In this document: positions 39,257 through 53,759 of the stretch, in pieces
Layout of the letters: each line of letters begins with the position of its first letter
How positions within the stretch are numbered: position 1 is the stretch's first letter
NCBI GenBank assembly: GCA_002189035.1
Contig: NEEC01000012.1
Location: 3,224,001-3,288,000, forward strand
Direction: 5' to 3'
Source of the DNA: Utricularia gibba
Lineage: Eukaryota; Plantae; Magnoliophyta
Length of the DNA stretch: 64,000 nucleotides
Program-made: the position numbers and the translations under genes
The notes under the pieces: generated by a model
What the model saw: only the letters and a program-made list of their open reading frames with translations
Database searches by the model: none
What the model was told of the DNA's origin: nothing

Positions 39257-42200
39257 AGATTTTATTTGTTAGGTTCAATTTCCACAATGGTTTCTACTCC
39301 AAAAACTAAAAATATATGCATGAGAGTTAAAAAAGAGAGAGGTCAATTTCTACCATCAGTGATAAACCCAAATGCCCCTAATGACTAACCATGAAACTCA
39401 TTTAGCCAGTGCATTACTTTACTACTTGAGTACCTAGCTTTTTAGAAGCTTTAACTTTGAAAGAGGAGACAGCCTCTTCGTCATCCACATGAAGCTTGCT
39501 TCCTTTGCCTCCTAAACTCTTCAAAATGACTTTCATCGCTCCTTGAGGAGGTAGTCTCCCTTGCTCCTTAAATGGCACCTCAATATCGTGGGGATACCAT
39601 ACAGCTTTTGGTCGATGGAAATTAGCAATATCTTTGCTGTAAAATCGAGTTCATTAACAACCACAAATGAAGGCAATGACACAAAAAGATTGGATCACAC
39701 AAAATACAGCAAAAATGTACATTAATTAGCATGAAAGACCGGTGAGCCACATTGCAAGAATGGAACAACGTTTTACAAGACTCAACTAATGAAACATAAT
39801 GTGCAAGGCCAAACACGCAAGTCTAATTCCAAGATTTGCTAGAATTCTTAGATAAAAAAAAATTCAAAAACCATTTATAAGGCATCAGAAAGAGGAAAGA
39901 CATCCACTGAAACACTATTCAACTTTTTCATGGTTTTCATATGGTTGAAGCCAAAGGGCAATGGATTAAGAGCATCCATAACAAGATTCAAATTATTCAT
40001 TATTTTCATAGGGTTGAAGCTAGATGATTACTGAATAAAAGCAATCACTGGGCCATACACATAGAAAGAGAGAGCTGCAATGCTTACTTGCTAAGCTTAG
40101 CTTTCATAGTCTGCAGCTTAAGTGCAGGTACTGAATGCAAAACTTTGAGTCCCTGAATGGGGCGCTTTTTTGAATGAGATCTTAGTTGCTGAGAAGATTT
40201 CTTGATGGCATAGAACTTATCATTAGAAATGTTGAATCTCCCAGATGCTAAGGCTCCATGATTATGTTGCTCTCCACCCATAGAATGCACAGGACGTGAA
40301 ACAATCATTGCCACAGAATGAAAGTCTATGTGCTTACCATCCTTCAAGTCCAAAAGTTCAAAAAGCATCCGTTCATCTTGGAGATCGTAAATCCTCTTAG
40401 GTTTCGAAATAGGCTGATTGGGTTCCCAAATTATACTATCAAGCCAAGAGCCATCATTAATATCATTATTTTGTAATGCCAGCTCACTAAATCGTCTTCT
40501 CGCAGCACTACAAAGCTGTGATTCAGATGAAGGATCTTTTCCACTTCCAGCATTAGAAGTGGATGGATCTAACAAAGGCTCTAGTCGAAGGAGTTGCGGA
40601 TGGATTTTGTGATGGTTTGAAACTTGGGTGAGCTTTTGTAAGCTGAAAGGCTCCACCACACAAGAGGAATCGTAAATAAATGGAAGCTGATGCTTATCAT
40701 GAGGCTTAGACTGCAATTCGGATTCATACATAGGTGCTGCAGACTCCATTGTGTCAGCATGAGCATCACAGTCAGGTCCAGAAAGCTCACAGCTCTCAAC
40801 AAAACTATCTGATGGTGATGGAGTGTCATTCCAAACAATCCCTTCCTCCCAATCTTGTTGATCAAGTGGATAAAACTGGGGGATAAAGAATACTCCTGCT
40901 CATGGACAGCTGCAACCAATGTACCATCCTTCATTGGCTCAGCAGAAGCATATGATTCCCTGAATTCATGAACAGTCAATTTCTTCTCAGACCCTCCATT
41001 ACCTCTTAATTCCTCTATATCATTACCATCATCCAAATCAAGGTCACCAAATTTTTTCTGAAATTTTCTTAGCCAGGAAAGATCTCGGCAAGGTTCCTTC
41101 AGAAATACTTCTTCGTCTTCCTCAATGTTGCCAGAGGTATCCAAGAATCTTAATTTCTCTGATAAAAACAAGGAAACGATTATCCGAGTGCAAAAACCAC
41201 AAACCCAACATTTAACAGAAGCCCCATGAAAATTCAGATATTATAATGGGAGCCACGAATTACTACTCCCGTGAATATTTTTGCATTGAAAAAAGGAATG
41301 CAGAAAACATATGTGATTTGACTACCTCTTGGCACAATGTAGCGGTGGTCTCTTTTTCCTACCCTTTTCGAGGGCTCGTGAATACCAAAAATCTCAGAAA
41401 AACGTAAAATTGTCTTCCCATCCTCTGTGTAGAGCACAGGAAGAAGAGAAGACAGATTACCATCGAATGACTCTTCAGACTCACTGAGCACATCCTGATC
41501 ACGGTTAAGCTTTTTTAGTTGAAAAAAAAAGTGAACTGCTTCAATGTTAATAAAGCAAGAGTTTCTTCCATAGATCAGCATAGAAGTTCCAGCCCACCAG
41601 TCATCCAGCACTAGAATTGAAATATGTGGTGAAAATTAAATTCATCAAACCAACGACTTACTTCTTCCATATCCGGGTTTTCTTGGTCATCCACATGGTC
41701 AACATCTGGATGGCCTTGTTCCAGAGAGGACAAGTCATAGCTGTCTCTACGCTCCCCTGTCAAGAAAAATGTAGAAGCTATAACATTGGAAAACTTTAGG
41801 AACCACCTGAATTCTAAAAGCACGATATCAAAACTAATGCAGCAATTTACGCATGGAACATAATGTAAAATAGTTTACGATGTAGGGCACATATTAAGCA
41901 TTAAAAAAAGAAAACAGCTTAGAAATTACACATCATAGTTCCATGAAAATAAAATCAAGACCAACCTGAGGCAGACAATTCAACAGCACCTCCCTCCGCT
42001 GCTTTCTGCTTCTCAAAGTCATCATCTTCAAAATCATAGTTATCATCATCAAGCACAGAGTTCTTACCAAAAGAGCTCAAGGACATTTCTTTTGGAAAAA
42101 AATCCTTCTTTGGCAGTAAGTGTTCCTCCTCAATACCATTCTCAACCTCTGGCCCCTCATATTCCTCATCTATATCCTCATAGTCAATAGCATTTTCTGC

Positions 42201-43684
42201 TTTCGTGTCATAATCTATTTAACAAGGATAGAAAACGTGATACATTGCATACTGACAATATAATGCAACAGATGGCGCCAAATTTGTGTTGGTCTGTTTC
42301 TTAAAAATGGAATTGCGGAAAATTTTGACATCAAGTAAAAAATAGACTAATAAAAAACAAGTGTAGACACAAAAAAAATACATGCCAGAGAAGGACAATA
42401 AAATTGAATTACACAAATTGACTAAATGAGACAAAGCAGGTTCAAAATATACAAAAAGAGCTAACACAAATTCAAAAAATTGGGATTCCTGAAATGCATT
42501 ATCACCTTGATCTGTAGCTTCAGCTTGGACCTGAGTTGACTTTATTGAGAGCTGAAGCTCAAAAGAGAAAAAAATTAACATATTCACAAGAAAACAAAGC
42601 TCAGTCGATACAACAAAATCCAGTATGCAGAATAGAATTTTCACACAGAAGGTGAATTGTGCGTCCATACATCTATATCCTTTAGAGACGAACCAAGTTT
42701 GTCAGCCAGTGCAGCAAGATGTTCTTTTGCATCCTGCAAACAAGATATCTACTGGTATGATGATCAAACATGGATAGTGAAGCATCATTCAATCTGTAAT
42801 GCACAGTAACAGGTTCCAATATATGGCCAGAAAATTTTTAAATTCGTTCCCAGTGCAATTTCCTTTTTTTTTCAAGGGGCTATGTGGGAAGGGGTATAGG
42901 GGAGCATTGAATATGAGTTTCATTGCAAATTAATGGTGATTCAGAAGAAAAAAAAATCAAATCTAAAAAAAGCATGAGATGTGGTTGTAAACGATGCAGC
43001 AGTTATGAAAGAACCAAGTCTGCAAGAAACATTATCAAAATCTAAGCCTTATAGTATAATGTTATCAGGAGAGCGAGTGAAAACTGAACAAGAAAAAAAA
43101 ATAATAGCTCGATCAATGCCCAATCGTTTCTTTGATGTTCCATACACTCTAGCTTCACTAGCACATTCAGAAAAGAAAAAAAGAAAGGAAAAAGGAACGC
43201 ACAAGCAACCTAAGGTGCTTTTCAGCTAACCCTCTAACTTACTACGTAAATCACCTACAACAAATTTGATCGAGGATTGGAGAGAGGGGACCAAAGAAGA
43301 GAACAAAAGAAAGGCAAAATAACCTCATCGAGATAATCAACATCAAGGTCTCCCGAGTCATCAACATTCCCGAACATAAAACCAAGGAGGCGGTTTCCCC
43401 CTTCAGCCTCATCGTATTCGTCATCATCATCTGCCGATTCAAAGAAATTATTTTACCGGCGCCCGAGCAAGAATACCAAACTTCCAAAAACAAGCCTCTG
43501 TTAAAGACCACGACGATTCAATGGCCCTATACACTATAATTCCGCTTCCCCAGCTGCGAATTCCAGTGAAACCCTAAAATACTCTCGCCCTTCGAGAACA
43601 GAACCTACCCGTTGTCACATCCTCATCGGCGTCTGCAGCTTCTTCCACGGCGTCTCCGCCACGTCCTTCGCGCCACAGCGCCAT
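33176..43684 (-). CDS. TAF1: Transcription initiation factor TFIID subunit 1 (HAF1/HAF2), multi-exon
   Basis: N-terminal GGNRLLGFMFGNVD; DUF3591/HAT region; plant ubiquitin-like insert (FSGRELEENKSL..QNVRPNS); zinc knuckle CGACGQLGHMRTNKHCP; single C-terminal bromodomain (PDY...PMDLSTI...YNAHKYN). One -1 frameshift at 40878-40882. Confidence 0.94.
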
Positions 43685-43963
43685 GTCCTTCGACGTCTTC
43701 TTCTTCGTTTGCTAGCTGCCTCTTCGCTTCTTCGCCACTGCCATTTATAAGGATTCGACAACCACCAATTACAAAGTGTAACCCAATTTTCCCAAAATAA
43801 AATAAAAATTTAAAAATATAATTTCAACACGAGTATTTATATACGGGCTTGGTTGTACATAAATGGGCTTGGCTATCGTTGACAGCGGACACACGACGTC
43901 AACTGCACTGTACAATTTCTCACGCCGGCGATCAGGATTGAACCGAATCTTGTGGCGGAGGAG
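43685..43963. promoter_or_regulatory. 279-bp divergent promoter (TAF1 / MDP-1)
   Basis: Head-to-head ATGs; GGGCTTGG twice (43845, 43865; the second is a site II TGGGCT); ACGTCA at 43896; telo-box AAACCCTAA nearby at 43569 in TAF1 intron 1. Confidence 0.6.
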
Positions 43964-45452
43964 ATGGGGGACGAGGATGTGAAGAACGAGGCGATGGAGA
44001 TCATGGGCCTTTTTCAAGTGCTGCCTCGTCTCGTCGTCTTCGATCTCGATTACACTCTTTGGCCTTTCTATTGGTATATATCATTTTCCTTGTGTAGTCG
44101 TTTTCTTTTTATGGCGGGTTTTCGCAGATACTATTTATACTGCTTAAATCTTGCTTTTTTTCTTGAGATGCTTCCTAGCTGCTATCAATTAGATTTAAAG
44201 CGACCTACTTTCTGCTGGTTAATTCTTGTCGACTGCCTAATTTTATGGTGCTTGGTTCTTCTCAACTTTTTTCTTGTCAGCTAAATTTAAGAGGGATGGG
44301 CTTATGTAAGGGATATTGAGTGTTAGTGGAATGGCTTCCGGCTCTTTACTCAATTTGATGTTTTATGTAGGAGAATGAGAGTTGAGTTTTTTTGGGTTAA
44401 GTTGTATTGGAATTCTTGCTCTTTCTCTGCAGAAACACGGATGGTTGTGGTTCTGGTGGTTTAAGAGAATTCATGCGCTGAATCTTTTCTTGTTGATAAT
44501 ATTTCATGCACAGCGAATGCCTGTCGAGAAGGGAAATGCCCTTTCTGTATCCTCATGCAAAAGGCATTGTGCTCGCTCTCAAGGAAAAGGGTGTTGACAT
44601 TGCAATTGCCTCTCGGTCCCCCACTCCTGACATTGCAAACACCTTTCTTGAAAAATTAGGGATAAAACCATTCTTTGTTTCTCAGGTAATCTGGGGTTGG
44701 TATTTTTCCAGTCATTTTTTTAGGATTTTCATTTCATGGATTGTATCTCTTTGTTTGCGGGTATAGAGAAGATATGAGTAGAATGAAAAGACTTCTTCAT
44801 TTACTCCCCAGGCAAATAACACAAAAGATTGGATGGAAGGTGCTATTACTTGAACATAGCTCGCATAGTGAATGATCGTATTTTGATATGGACTTGAACT
44901 TTTTTAGTTACAAAAAACAAAGTACTAGTGTTTCAGTGATGCTGAAGAGTTTCCTTTGACATGTGAGTGATTGTTTTCATTCTCTGTGCATCTTGTGTGG
45001 TAGCTCTTAATTCTTCCTGCTGCAACTGGTGTGTGTCCTTCGTCGAAAGTCCTGACTGTTTTCATCCTCTGTAACTCATGTTGTCCACATCACGCAGGAG
45101 ATTTTCTCCAGCTGGACTCACAAGACTGACCATCTTCGCAAGATAAATCAGAAGACGGGTATCCCTTACAGTGAAATGTTGTTCTTTGATGATGAAGACC
45201 GCAATACAAATGCTGTAAGATCTCTTTCTCAGAGCAGGAGAGAAGCACTTTGTGTGGGCATTAACCTGGAGATATATCTGGTGTCTTCTTCATCTGCAGG
45301 TTTCCAAAATGGGTGTCACGAGCATATTAGTGGACAATGGCTTGACTCTCAGAGATTTCAGAAAGGGGCTGTCCGATTTCTCCAGCAACAAGCAAAGATG
45401 CCAAAACTTTCCCAAGAAATCAAATCCCTCAGCAGATGCAGATGGCAAGTGA
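43964..45452 (+). CDS. MDP1: Magnesium-dependent phosphatase 1-like (HAD IIIC), 4 exons
   Basis: LPRLVVFDLDYTLWPFYCEC (DxDxT), IAIASRS, HKTDHL, MLFFDDEDRN, MGVTSILV. Confidence 0.9.
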
Positions 45453-46100
45453 ACGTTGCAACATATCCTACCACATTTCGACCGTAGGATATGTCATTCC
45501 AATATTCCTTCAACCAATGGAGCTTCAAGCTCCATTGGTTTGTATCATGTGCTGCACTTGATAGAGGGCATTGGTATTAAGCTCTGTTTTAATTCAAGAA
45601 CAGCAAATTCGATATCATAAATATTGGGCGATTATTTTTTTAGTAAAAAAACATGAAATATTATATTATTTTGTTTGTAAATTTTTAAAAATGTTTTTTG
45701 GTATATTCATTTATTAATGAACATTATTCGAATCTTCGAAAAATTAAGGAATTTTTCTATTTCAATATAGACAATAAATTCTTTTATATTAATAAATGTT
45801 TTCTAAATGCTTTTATTTTTGGAAAGAAAAGAAATGTTTAATTTGTAATGCTTTATCCTGTGATGACGGAGGAGTCCAACGGATCTCTTGTGTCGTCCTC
45901 AGAAATGCCGCGGTGGCATGAACGTGTGGCTCCTCCTCATTTTTAACATTTCTGCGGATTTTCCGCCTCAGCTCTGTGTCTGCTTAGACTGCCGGAAAAA
46001 CTTTACGCTTCTTATGGATATTGATTTGTCGCCGCAGTGTATTTACGTTTCTTGACGTTTTACTTGTCGCGGATGGTATCTACCTGATTTGAATGTTACT

Positions 46101-49100
46101 ATGTTGGATGCGGTGGCGGCATACTGCTGCAATCTTAAGGTGACTTGAAAGTCTCGGCTATTCGTGTTGCAGTTTTCGTTTTCTTTCTTGCGGGTTGTGA
46201 GCAATTGAGTTGTCGTAATTTTTGAATGATCAATGAGTATGATGTTTAACCGTGGTTGGGTCCCTTTTAGCGGGAAAGAATATAGCGTATTGTGATGTAC
46301 TACTCAATGATTTCATGTCTCGTTCGTCTTGGTCGTACTTATCCGCTGCCCTCGTAATTTTTTGGTTCCCGAGTTAGTGATTTATTGGATTATACAGATG
46401 TTTGTACTCAACTCGAAAGCAGCTGGGCACTTGAATGAATTTATAATTTCGTTGGATTTCTGTTTGAAGTTTTCTTTTGCATCATGGTCATGTTTTTTTG
46501 AAAGCTGTCTTTGAGTGTTCTTGGTTTGTTGCTTAATGATTAAATGTGAAATGTGATGCAGGGTAACGATGTTTCTTTTCAAAGTAGGCGCTTTGGAGTG
46601 ATCATTAACACTCGTTCGTATGTGCATTACCTTAATAACTCACGTGTCTGTAGACACTATTCTAGACTTAATTGTCACCTTGCTTACCAAATGCAAAATG
46701 GTTTTACGGGAATGCGATTATCGCCTCATTCTCTGTCATGTCAAGGAAGAAATTCTATTCTCAAAAGCAGACTCATCAAAAGTTTCCGATATAGAATACA
46801 TGCATCTGTTGATGTCGCCAGTGCTGTTGATGTTATCAATGACTTGGGCTTGGACACGCTGACTTTCTTAGTTGTAACTGTGCTTGTGGTTCCAGCTTTT
46901 AAAAAGATAAAAGCAAGCCCTGTAAGTTCACTTGTATATGTTAATGAATTTCTATCTCACATATGTTACTGATTCTGTTTCTTTAGATTCTTGGATTCTT
47001 TTGTGCAGGCGTTGTACTCAATCAGCTGGGCCTTATAAGAAATCTTATGGATGTTAAAGTTCTGTCTGAATGGGGAATTCTCTTTTTGGTCAGATGAATG
47101 CCTTTTTTTGGTTGCATTCTACGTTTTTCTATCATCTCCAATTCTTAGGATCCATCCACAAGTTATCTGATTTATCTTCCAGGCTCATTTGTTTCCAGAT
47201 GTTTATGTTCTCTTGGAATTAATTTCGCTAGCATTTTTTTGTGTCAGTTACTTCAATCTTCTTGAGAAAGAGAATTAAATGTTTCCAATGATTACTTGCA
47301 GCTCTTTGAAATGGGTTTAGAGCTCTCGCTTGCTCGCTTGAGGGCTCTTGCTAAATTTGCTTTTGGCTTGGGTTTAAGTCAGGTGCTCCTTTTTCCACCC
47401 TTCATATCAGGACTCCTTTGGACATTTTATTCCAAGATTTCTTTGAGTAATGCTAATCATCGTAGCTTGTAATTTTTTTTTTTAATTTTTCAAGGTTCTG
47501 TTATCCACTCTTGCTTTCACTGCATTTGAGCTTCCACCAAATGGCGCTTTTGGGACAAGATTGCTACAGTTCCTTTTTCATTCAAGACCAGATTTGGTTA
47601 GACAACTATTATGATCATTTTGCAGCTCAAATTATTTCAAAAAGGAAATGAGAACTTACATTGATAGCTTTTAAAAATACTTGCACAACAAATTTCTTCT
47701 TCAAACTGTGGTGAATGAATTTCATTACCATATGTTGCAAATGTCTAATAGCCCGTGACCTGGGCATTCAAAAGAATGAATGAAGGATTTAAATTGAGAT
47801 AGTATTTTGCTATTTTAGTGACATAGGAAAGTTGGTTTAAATGACTTGCATGCAAGGGCCTCTGTGTCTATCAATCGCTTTCAAAATTTCAGGTCAATAT
47901 CCGAAGCATTGATGAAGCCATGGTTATAGGAGCGGCACTTTCCTTGTCTTCTTCAGCTTTTGTTCTTCAGGTTCCTTAGCTAAAAGTACCATCTATCTGA
48001 TGTTTTTTTTTCAAAAGTGGTTGAATTAAGTGTTTCTTTATTTCTATTATGGTTTTTATTGTGGTCGTTAGCTTTATGTGAATCATCTTAGTTGAATCAT
48101 GCAATTTCATTTTCAGTTTGATCTCCTATTCCATTATCTCTATAAGAAATGTTTCCCTATATTCTGGAGTTTATTGGAGTTTATAGATGAATCTTGCATT
48201 TTCTTTTCAGATTCTTGCAGAAAAGGGTGAACTCCCCACCAGATTTGGCTCAGCAACTCTAGGGATCCTTTTATTGCAGGTTGAGTCTTTTTAGTTCATG
48301 TAACTTTTATTTTATATTTTATTCATTTCCTCATTTCTGACTGGCTCCTGTAAATTTACATTTCCAGGATATTGCAGTCGTCCCCCTTATTGTTATACTG
48401 CCAGTGTTGGAAAACCAGGTACTTATAATTTGATTTAGATTTCAATAATGGAGTGCTAAAAGAGAAGATTTGGGATTCTATTTGGCTTTTGTGTACAATG
48501 ACTCATGTTACTCTTTTTGGTTATTTATTGCTTAAGAAGCCTTTTTTTGGGTTTTTCTTTAGGTATTCAATGAAGTCTCGACTGTTGAATAATTTTCATT
48601 TCTGCTTCTGGACCTTACTGCAGATTTGCAATCTTAATTGCAGAGTTTGGTATCACAGAGTGTCTGGCCAATGCTTGTTGCAGAGAGTTTGAGAGCATTG
48701 GGAGGATTAGGTCTTCTATCTCTTGGTGGGAAGTTTTTTCTCAGAAGGGTTTTTGAGGTTTGTTAGTTTTCCACTTCATAGAGGGACAAATCTCTAGCAT
48801 TATTGTTTTCTCCACTTTGTGTTTTCCCCATCACTTTTTCCCAAGCTGTTTCAAATGAATATCATTACGTTTGCCAGGTCGTTGCAGAAACTAGAAGTTC
48901 AGAAGCCTTTGTTGCTTTGTGCTTGTTGACAGTTGCTGGAACGTCCCTTCTGACTCAGATGCTTGGCTTCAGTGATACAGTTCAGTTTGACATCCTTGAC
49001 TTGTGAGATTCTTGTTGATAAAAAGAAAGTTAATCTAATTATCCGGATTCTTAATAGCTTGGAGCATTTCTTGCCGGGGCTCTTCTTGCTGAAACGAACT

Positions 49101-51064
49101 TCCGTACACAAATTGAGGCAGACATTAGGCCTTTCAGGGGACTGCTTTTGGGCTTGTTCTTCGTGACAACAGGGACCTCTATTGATATGGAGGTATTATT
49201 CTGTTTTGATATCATTTAATTTTCCAATTCTAGTAACCCCTTGTAACATGTTGTTATTTATCAGCTTCTCATAAGAGAGTGGCCAAATGTAGTTGCACTC
49301 TTGGGTGGACTGATTGCAATAAAGACAGTGATTATATCCGCAATAGGTCCGAGATTCGGGCTCACTCTCCAAGAAAGCATAAGGATTGGCCTGCTGCTTT
49401 CCCAGGGAGGTGAATTTGGTTTTGTAGTCTTCTCATTGGCAAACAGGTAGCATTCATATTCCCTCAAGTTCGCTGTTACAATTCTTGCTCTAAAAAATGC
49501 ATGCAAGAGAAAAACGTGTAAAGCTGCCCATAATATCATGTTGAAGTTGAACGAATGTAGTCCTCATTTTTGTTGAATTATAAGTGCACAGTCTTGTAAT
49601 CCCTATTATGGACCGCATGCTCAGGCTTGGAGTGCTTCCCTCGAACTGAACAAGCTTCTAATAATTGTGGTGGTTCTCTCCATGGCTTTGACACCTTTGC
49701 TCAACGATATTGGAAGAAAAGCAGCTGATTTGATTGGGGATAAATTTGGGGATGAGGTTGCCCTTAGGATCCTGAAATTGCATCTTCCATAGATACAATC
49801 AGGATATGATAAACTGATTTATCCTCAACTTTGTGTTATTTTAGAAAACTGACAACGTCATAAACCTTGAAGTCAGTGAACCAGTTGTCATTGTTGGATT
49901 CGGTCAGAAGGCTCAGGTCTCAGTTCTTACTATTTTTTCTTGCTAAATCAAAGCCGTCCACTTTTTATTCATGCTCTTCCTTTCGTAGGTCCTTGCCAAC
50001 TTTTTGTCAACTCCATTGGCTTCTGGAATTGATGGTGATGCTGGATGGCCATACATTGCTTTTGATCTCGATCCTTCTGTCGTGAAGGTAAGTGTCAGGT
50101 TCGTGTGTTTTCTTTTATTGCCAACAGATGCATTCGTTATTGACGGATGAGCAGCCATCCTTTTGTTTCGGTTATTGCTAACAGACATCCCGGCAACTTG
50201 GTTTTCCTGTACTTTACGGAGATGGTTCCCGTCCAGCAGTTCTGCAATCTGCTGGTATCAGTTCCCCAAAAGCTGTCATGGTCATGTATACCGGAAAGGT
50301 GAAGACGATCGAAGCAGTCCAGCGAATCCGACTTGCATTTCCTGCGGTGACCATCTACGTGTTCCCTTTTCCTCCCTAAATTCTGATGCCTTTAAGTCAC
50401 TTAATGAGTCTTCCTGCAGATTCCCATATATGCCCGAGCTCAAGACATGAAGCATCTGCTGGACTTGAAAAAAGCTGGGGCAACTGATGCTATACTTGAG
50501 AATGCAGAGGTATCCTTAGTCGACATTTTGAAAACAATCTCTAAATTCGTATATATCAGTGTCATACAGAACTTTAGTATCCAGTGTACTGACGTCATCA
50601 TGCTCAAATTATCTGCAGATGAGTTTGCAGCTTGGTTCAAAGCTTTTGAAAGGGCTTGGGGTCATGTCCGACGATATCAGCTTCCTCAGGCAGCTTCTCC
50701 GCGACTCCATGGAGGTGCAAGCTCAAGAGGCGCTCGAACGAAATGATATCCAAGAGTTAAACGCCATGAAGCCCATGCAGGTAATACAGACAACTGATAT
50801 CGAAATGATGGTGCAGATTCAGTCATTCATCATCATCATCACCATGTTCATATTTTACAGGTCCGAGTTGCAGATCTCTACATTGCTAAGCCGGAGACGA
50901 CGGCGGATGCCGTATCACCAGCAATGATGAATCAAATCCATGACAGCAAGATTCGTCTGGATGATGAAGAAGCCAAAGGAGTTTTGTACTGTGAAATTGC
51001 AGCTTCTGATCAGCCTCAAGGTGACATCAAAACTCATATCAATAGCGCCGGCGAGGAGATTTAG
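46101..51064 (+). CDS. KEA3: Thylakoid K+/H+ antiporter KEA3, multi-exon
   Basis: Transit peptide; VDVINDLGLDTLTFL..VVPAFK, VLSEWGILFL, LAEKGELPTRFG, LLLQDIAVVP, PFRGLLLGLFF, LLSQGGEF; KTN/RCK domain VIVGFGQKAQV. -1 frameshift at 49638-49640. Confidence 0.92.
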
Positions 51065-51333
51065 GTTCAACTCATATGGTGTTGCCAAACTTGAGTCTGT
51101 CACGCGTTCAATTGTGGCAGAAAACCTCAGAGTTCACCCAAAGGATCCAACTGTACATCCATCTACTCGCGATTCACATGCACTTGAGATGCAGAAGAAC
51201 AGCATATCACAAACCAAAAAATCAAGAAGAAATGGATTCCATTGAAAACATGGGACGGAAGGTAACAATTCAGAAGTCAGGATACAGAAACAGAAGCGCT
51301 AGAGTCTCTACAGTCAGAATATCAGTAACTTAT

Positions 51334-51753
<420 letters not shown>

Positions 51754-52000
51754 TCAACGGCGACTCCTCCAAGATCCTTGAAGTTTGAAACCTATGAACG
51801 AAGCCACGGTATCGTTCGGAGGATCTTATATAACCAGGGATTCTGAAATTTTGGCGGGAGAGAGAAATTATCTGGACCGTTAGATTTCCGATCAACACCT
51901 ATGGCCCAGATATGTTTCCTTCTTGATCGACGAGAGGATCCATTCACAGCCGTCCGAAATGGCCTTGATCGAACGCTCCTCCTTATTCTCCAGGAGCAAC

Positions 52001-52018
52001 TACGGATCGGTGACGTGG
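52001..52018 (-). promoter_or_regulatory. Histone type I element (Hex + reverse Oct)
   Basis: Minus strand CCACGTCACCGATCCGTA vs consensus CCACGTCANCGATCCGCG, about 260 bp upstream of the H3.1 ATG; TTATATAA at 51826-51833. Confidence 0.8.
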
Positions 52019-53759
52019 TTAGATCCCTATCTCTCCCTTTTATTTTTAACGCGGTAAATTTTAGAGTGGGCCCCTCCCCATAAAAGAAATTTATTTTCAT
52101 GGCAATCAATTTCTCTAATTGATGAAGATCAAAATCAACTATAGAGACGTTGATGTTTGCAAAAAGAATATTACCCACTGCGGAGTAAATAAAAGTCGAG
52201 TCCCCTTTAACCATGATATCTGACGGGAGAAGATCAAATCAACTCCTTGGAACCCTAAATAATTCGTACATAAAATATAACTTTTTTATTTTTTATTTGT
52301 ACTAAAATTATTTTTAAATTAACACTGCATATAGGTTAAAACTAAAACATGTTAGTTTTTTTTATTTTTTAGATTTACTTTTACTTCGGTAAAATTCATT
52401 CAAAAATAGTTTTCAATTTTATTTTTTTATTTTGATTTTTGTGGTACATTTGCAATTCTATTTCTATTTTGTAAAAAATAATATTTTTTAATTAATTTTG
52501 GTGGCATTTTATTTGGTTATGTTTTTTTGAAAACAATTTATGAAATGCGCATCTAATAAAATAAAAATTGGAATTTTTTGATATTTTGAAAATGAGAAAT
52601 ATTTTTGTAGTGTAAAAACTAAAATGTTTAAAATTATGGAAATTAGATTTTAATTGAGAAAATGTTTTTAATGCAATAATTGATTTTTGTTATTTTAATT
52701 ATTGTATGATCGGAAACTGTACGGCAGAGAAAGGGAGCAGGCGGAAGTTGGCGGATTTGGGTCAAGATCCGAACACCGGGAAATTTACTTCTCTGTTTCC
52801 CACTGACCTATTTCCCTTGTTTTGTTGTCTTTAGTAGACTCTCTTTCCCACTGCCTTAAGGGGGAAATGCATCCACCATTGTTGGTGCATCAGTGAAGTA
52901 AAGGCGCTCTAGAGTTGCCGATTACAGTCCTCTTTGCTGGCTAAAGTGAAGAGCATTAAAGAAATTTGGTTGTTCGTTGTATGATTTTACTCCACGCGGC
53001 TACTGAGGCTCGGATCATAGTGGTTCTTCATCACATTTAAGTACTGGGTGTTTGCGAGTTTGAGTCCTTCGCAGGGGTGAAGTTTCCTTCATCGTTTTTC
53101 TATTTTCAATGTTTTTTGTTCGCATTTTTTGCTTACTCTGCCGTTTTTAGCGACTGTGTTCTCTACATGGTGTTGGATTTTGAGTCTTGGCTGAAGGTGA
53201 AGAAGAATCTGAAAGTTGTGCATTGCATAAATTGTGTGATTTTGCGTATTTGCTGTGAAGTCTGGTGTTTCTTTACAGGGTTTTCTGCCTGGTTACTTTA
53301 ACCATCAGAATACCCTATTCGTTGGTATCTCCAGCGTGCAATATTTTTTTTACGGATCTACTAGGGTTTTTTCTTCCTTATTGTTGACGGATCATTAAAG
53401 CAGTTCTAAGGGTTCATATATTTCATGGGTGAAGATGATGAAGTGCTTAGGATTTCAGAGATGTGTGTTCTTTAGGAATACCATTTTTCTCTTTGATAAT
53501 TTATCTCATCATCCACTTGGAAAACGTTCCCTGTTCATGATTCCATTTCTAAAGATGCATGGATTCGGTTGGTCTCTATTTTTTCTGGTGCCTTTTGCAA
53601 TTGGTATTTGTAATAAAGTTTTTGTATGCCATGAAATTATGTTGTTGCTTGTGTTTCTCAGTTATTCGATCAGTATAATTTATTGACCGCCTGTGGTTTT
53701 TGGCAGGTTGTAGTTCAGATATTATAGTTGGAAAGGAGAATCTCCAGAGAAACATTGTG

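Noticed and set aside
50510-50618. U12-type intron in KEA3 (donor GTATCCTTA)
   Set aside because: No U12 branch site (TCCTTAAC) near the acceptor, and a canonical U2 branch TACTGAC is present at 50587-50593.
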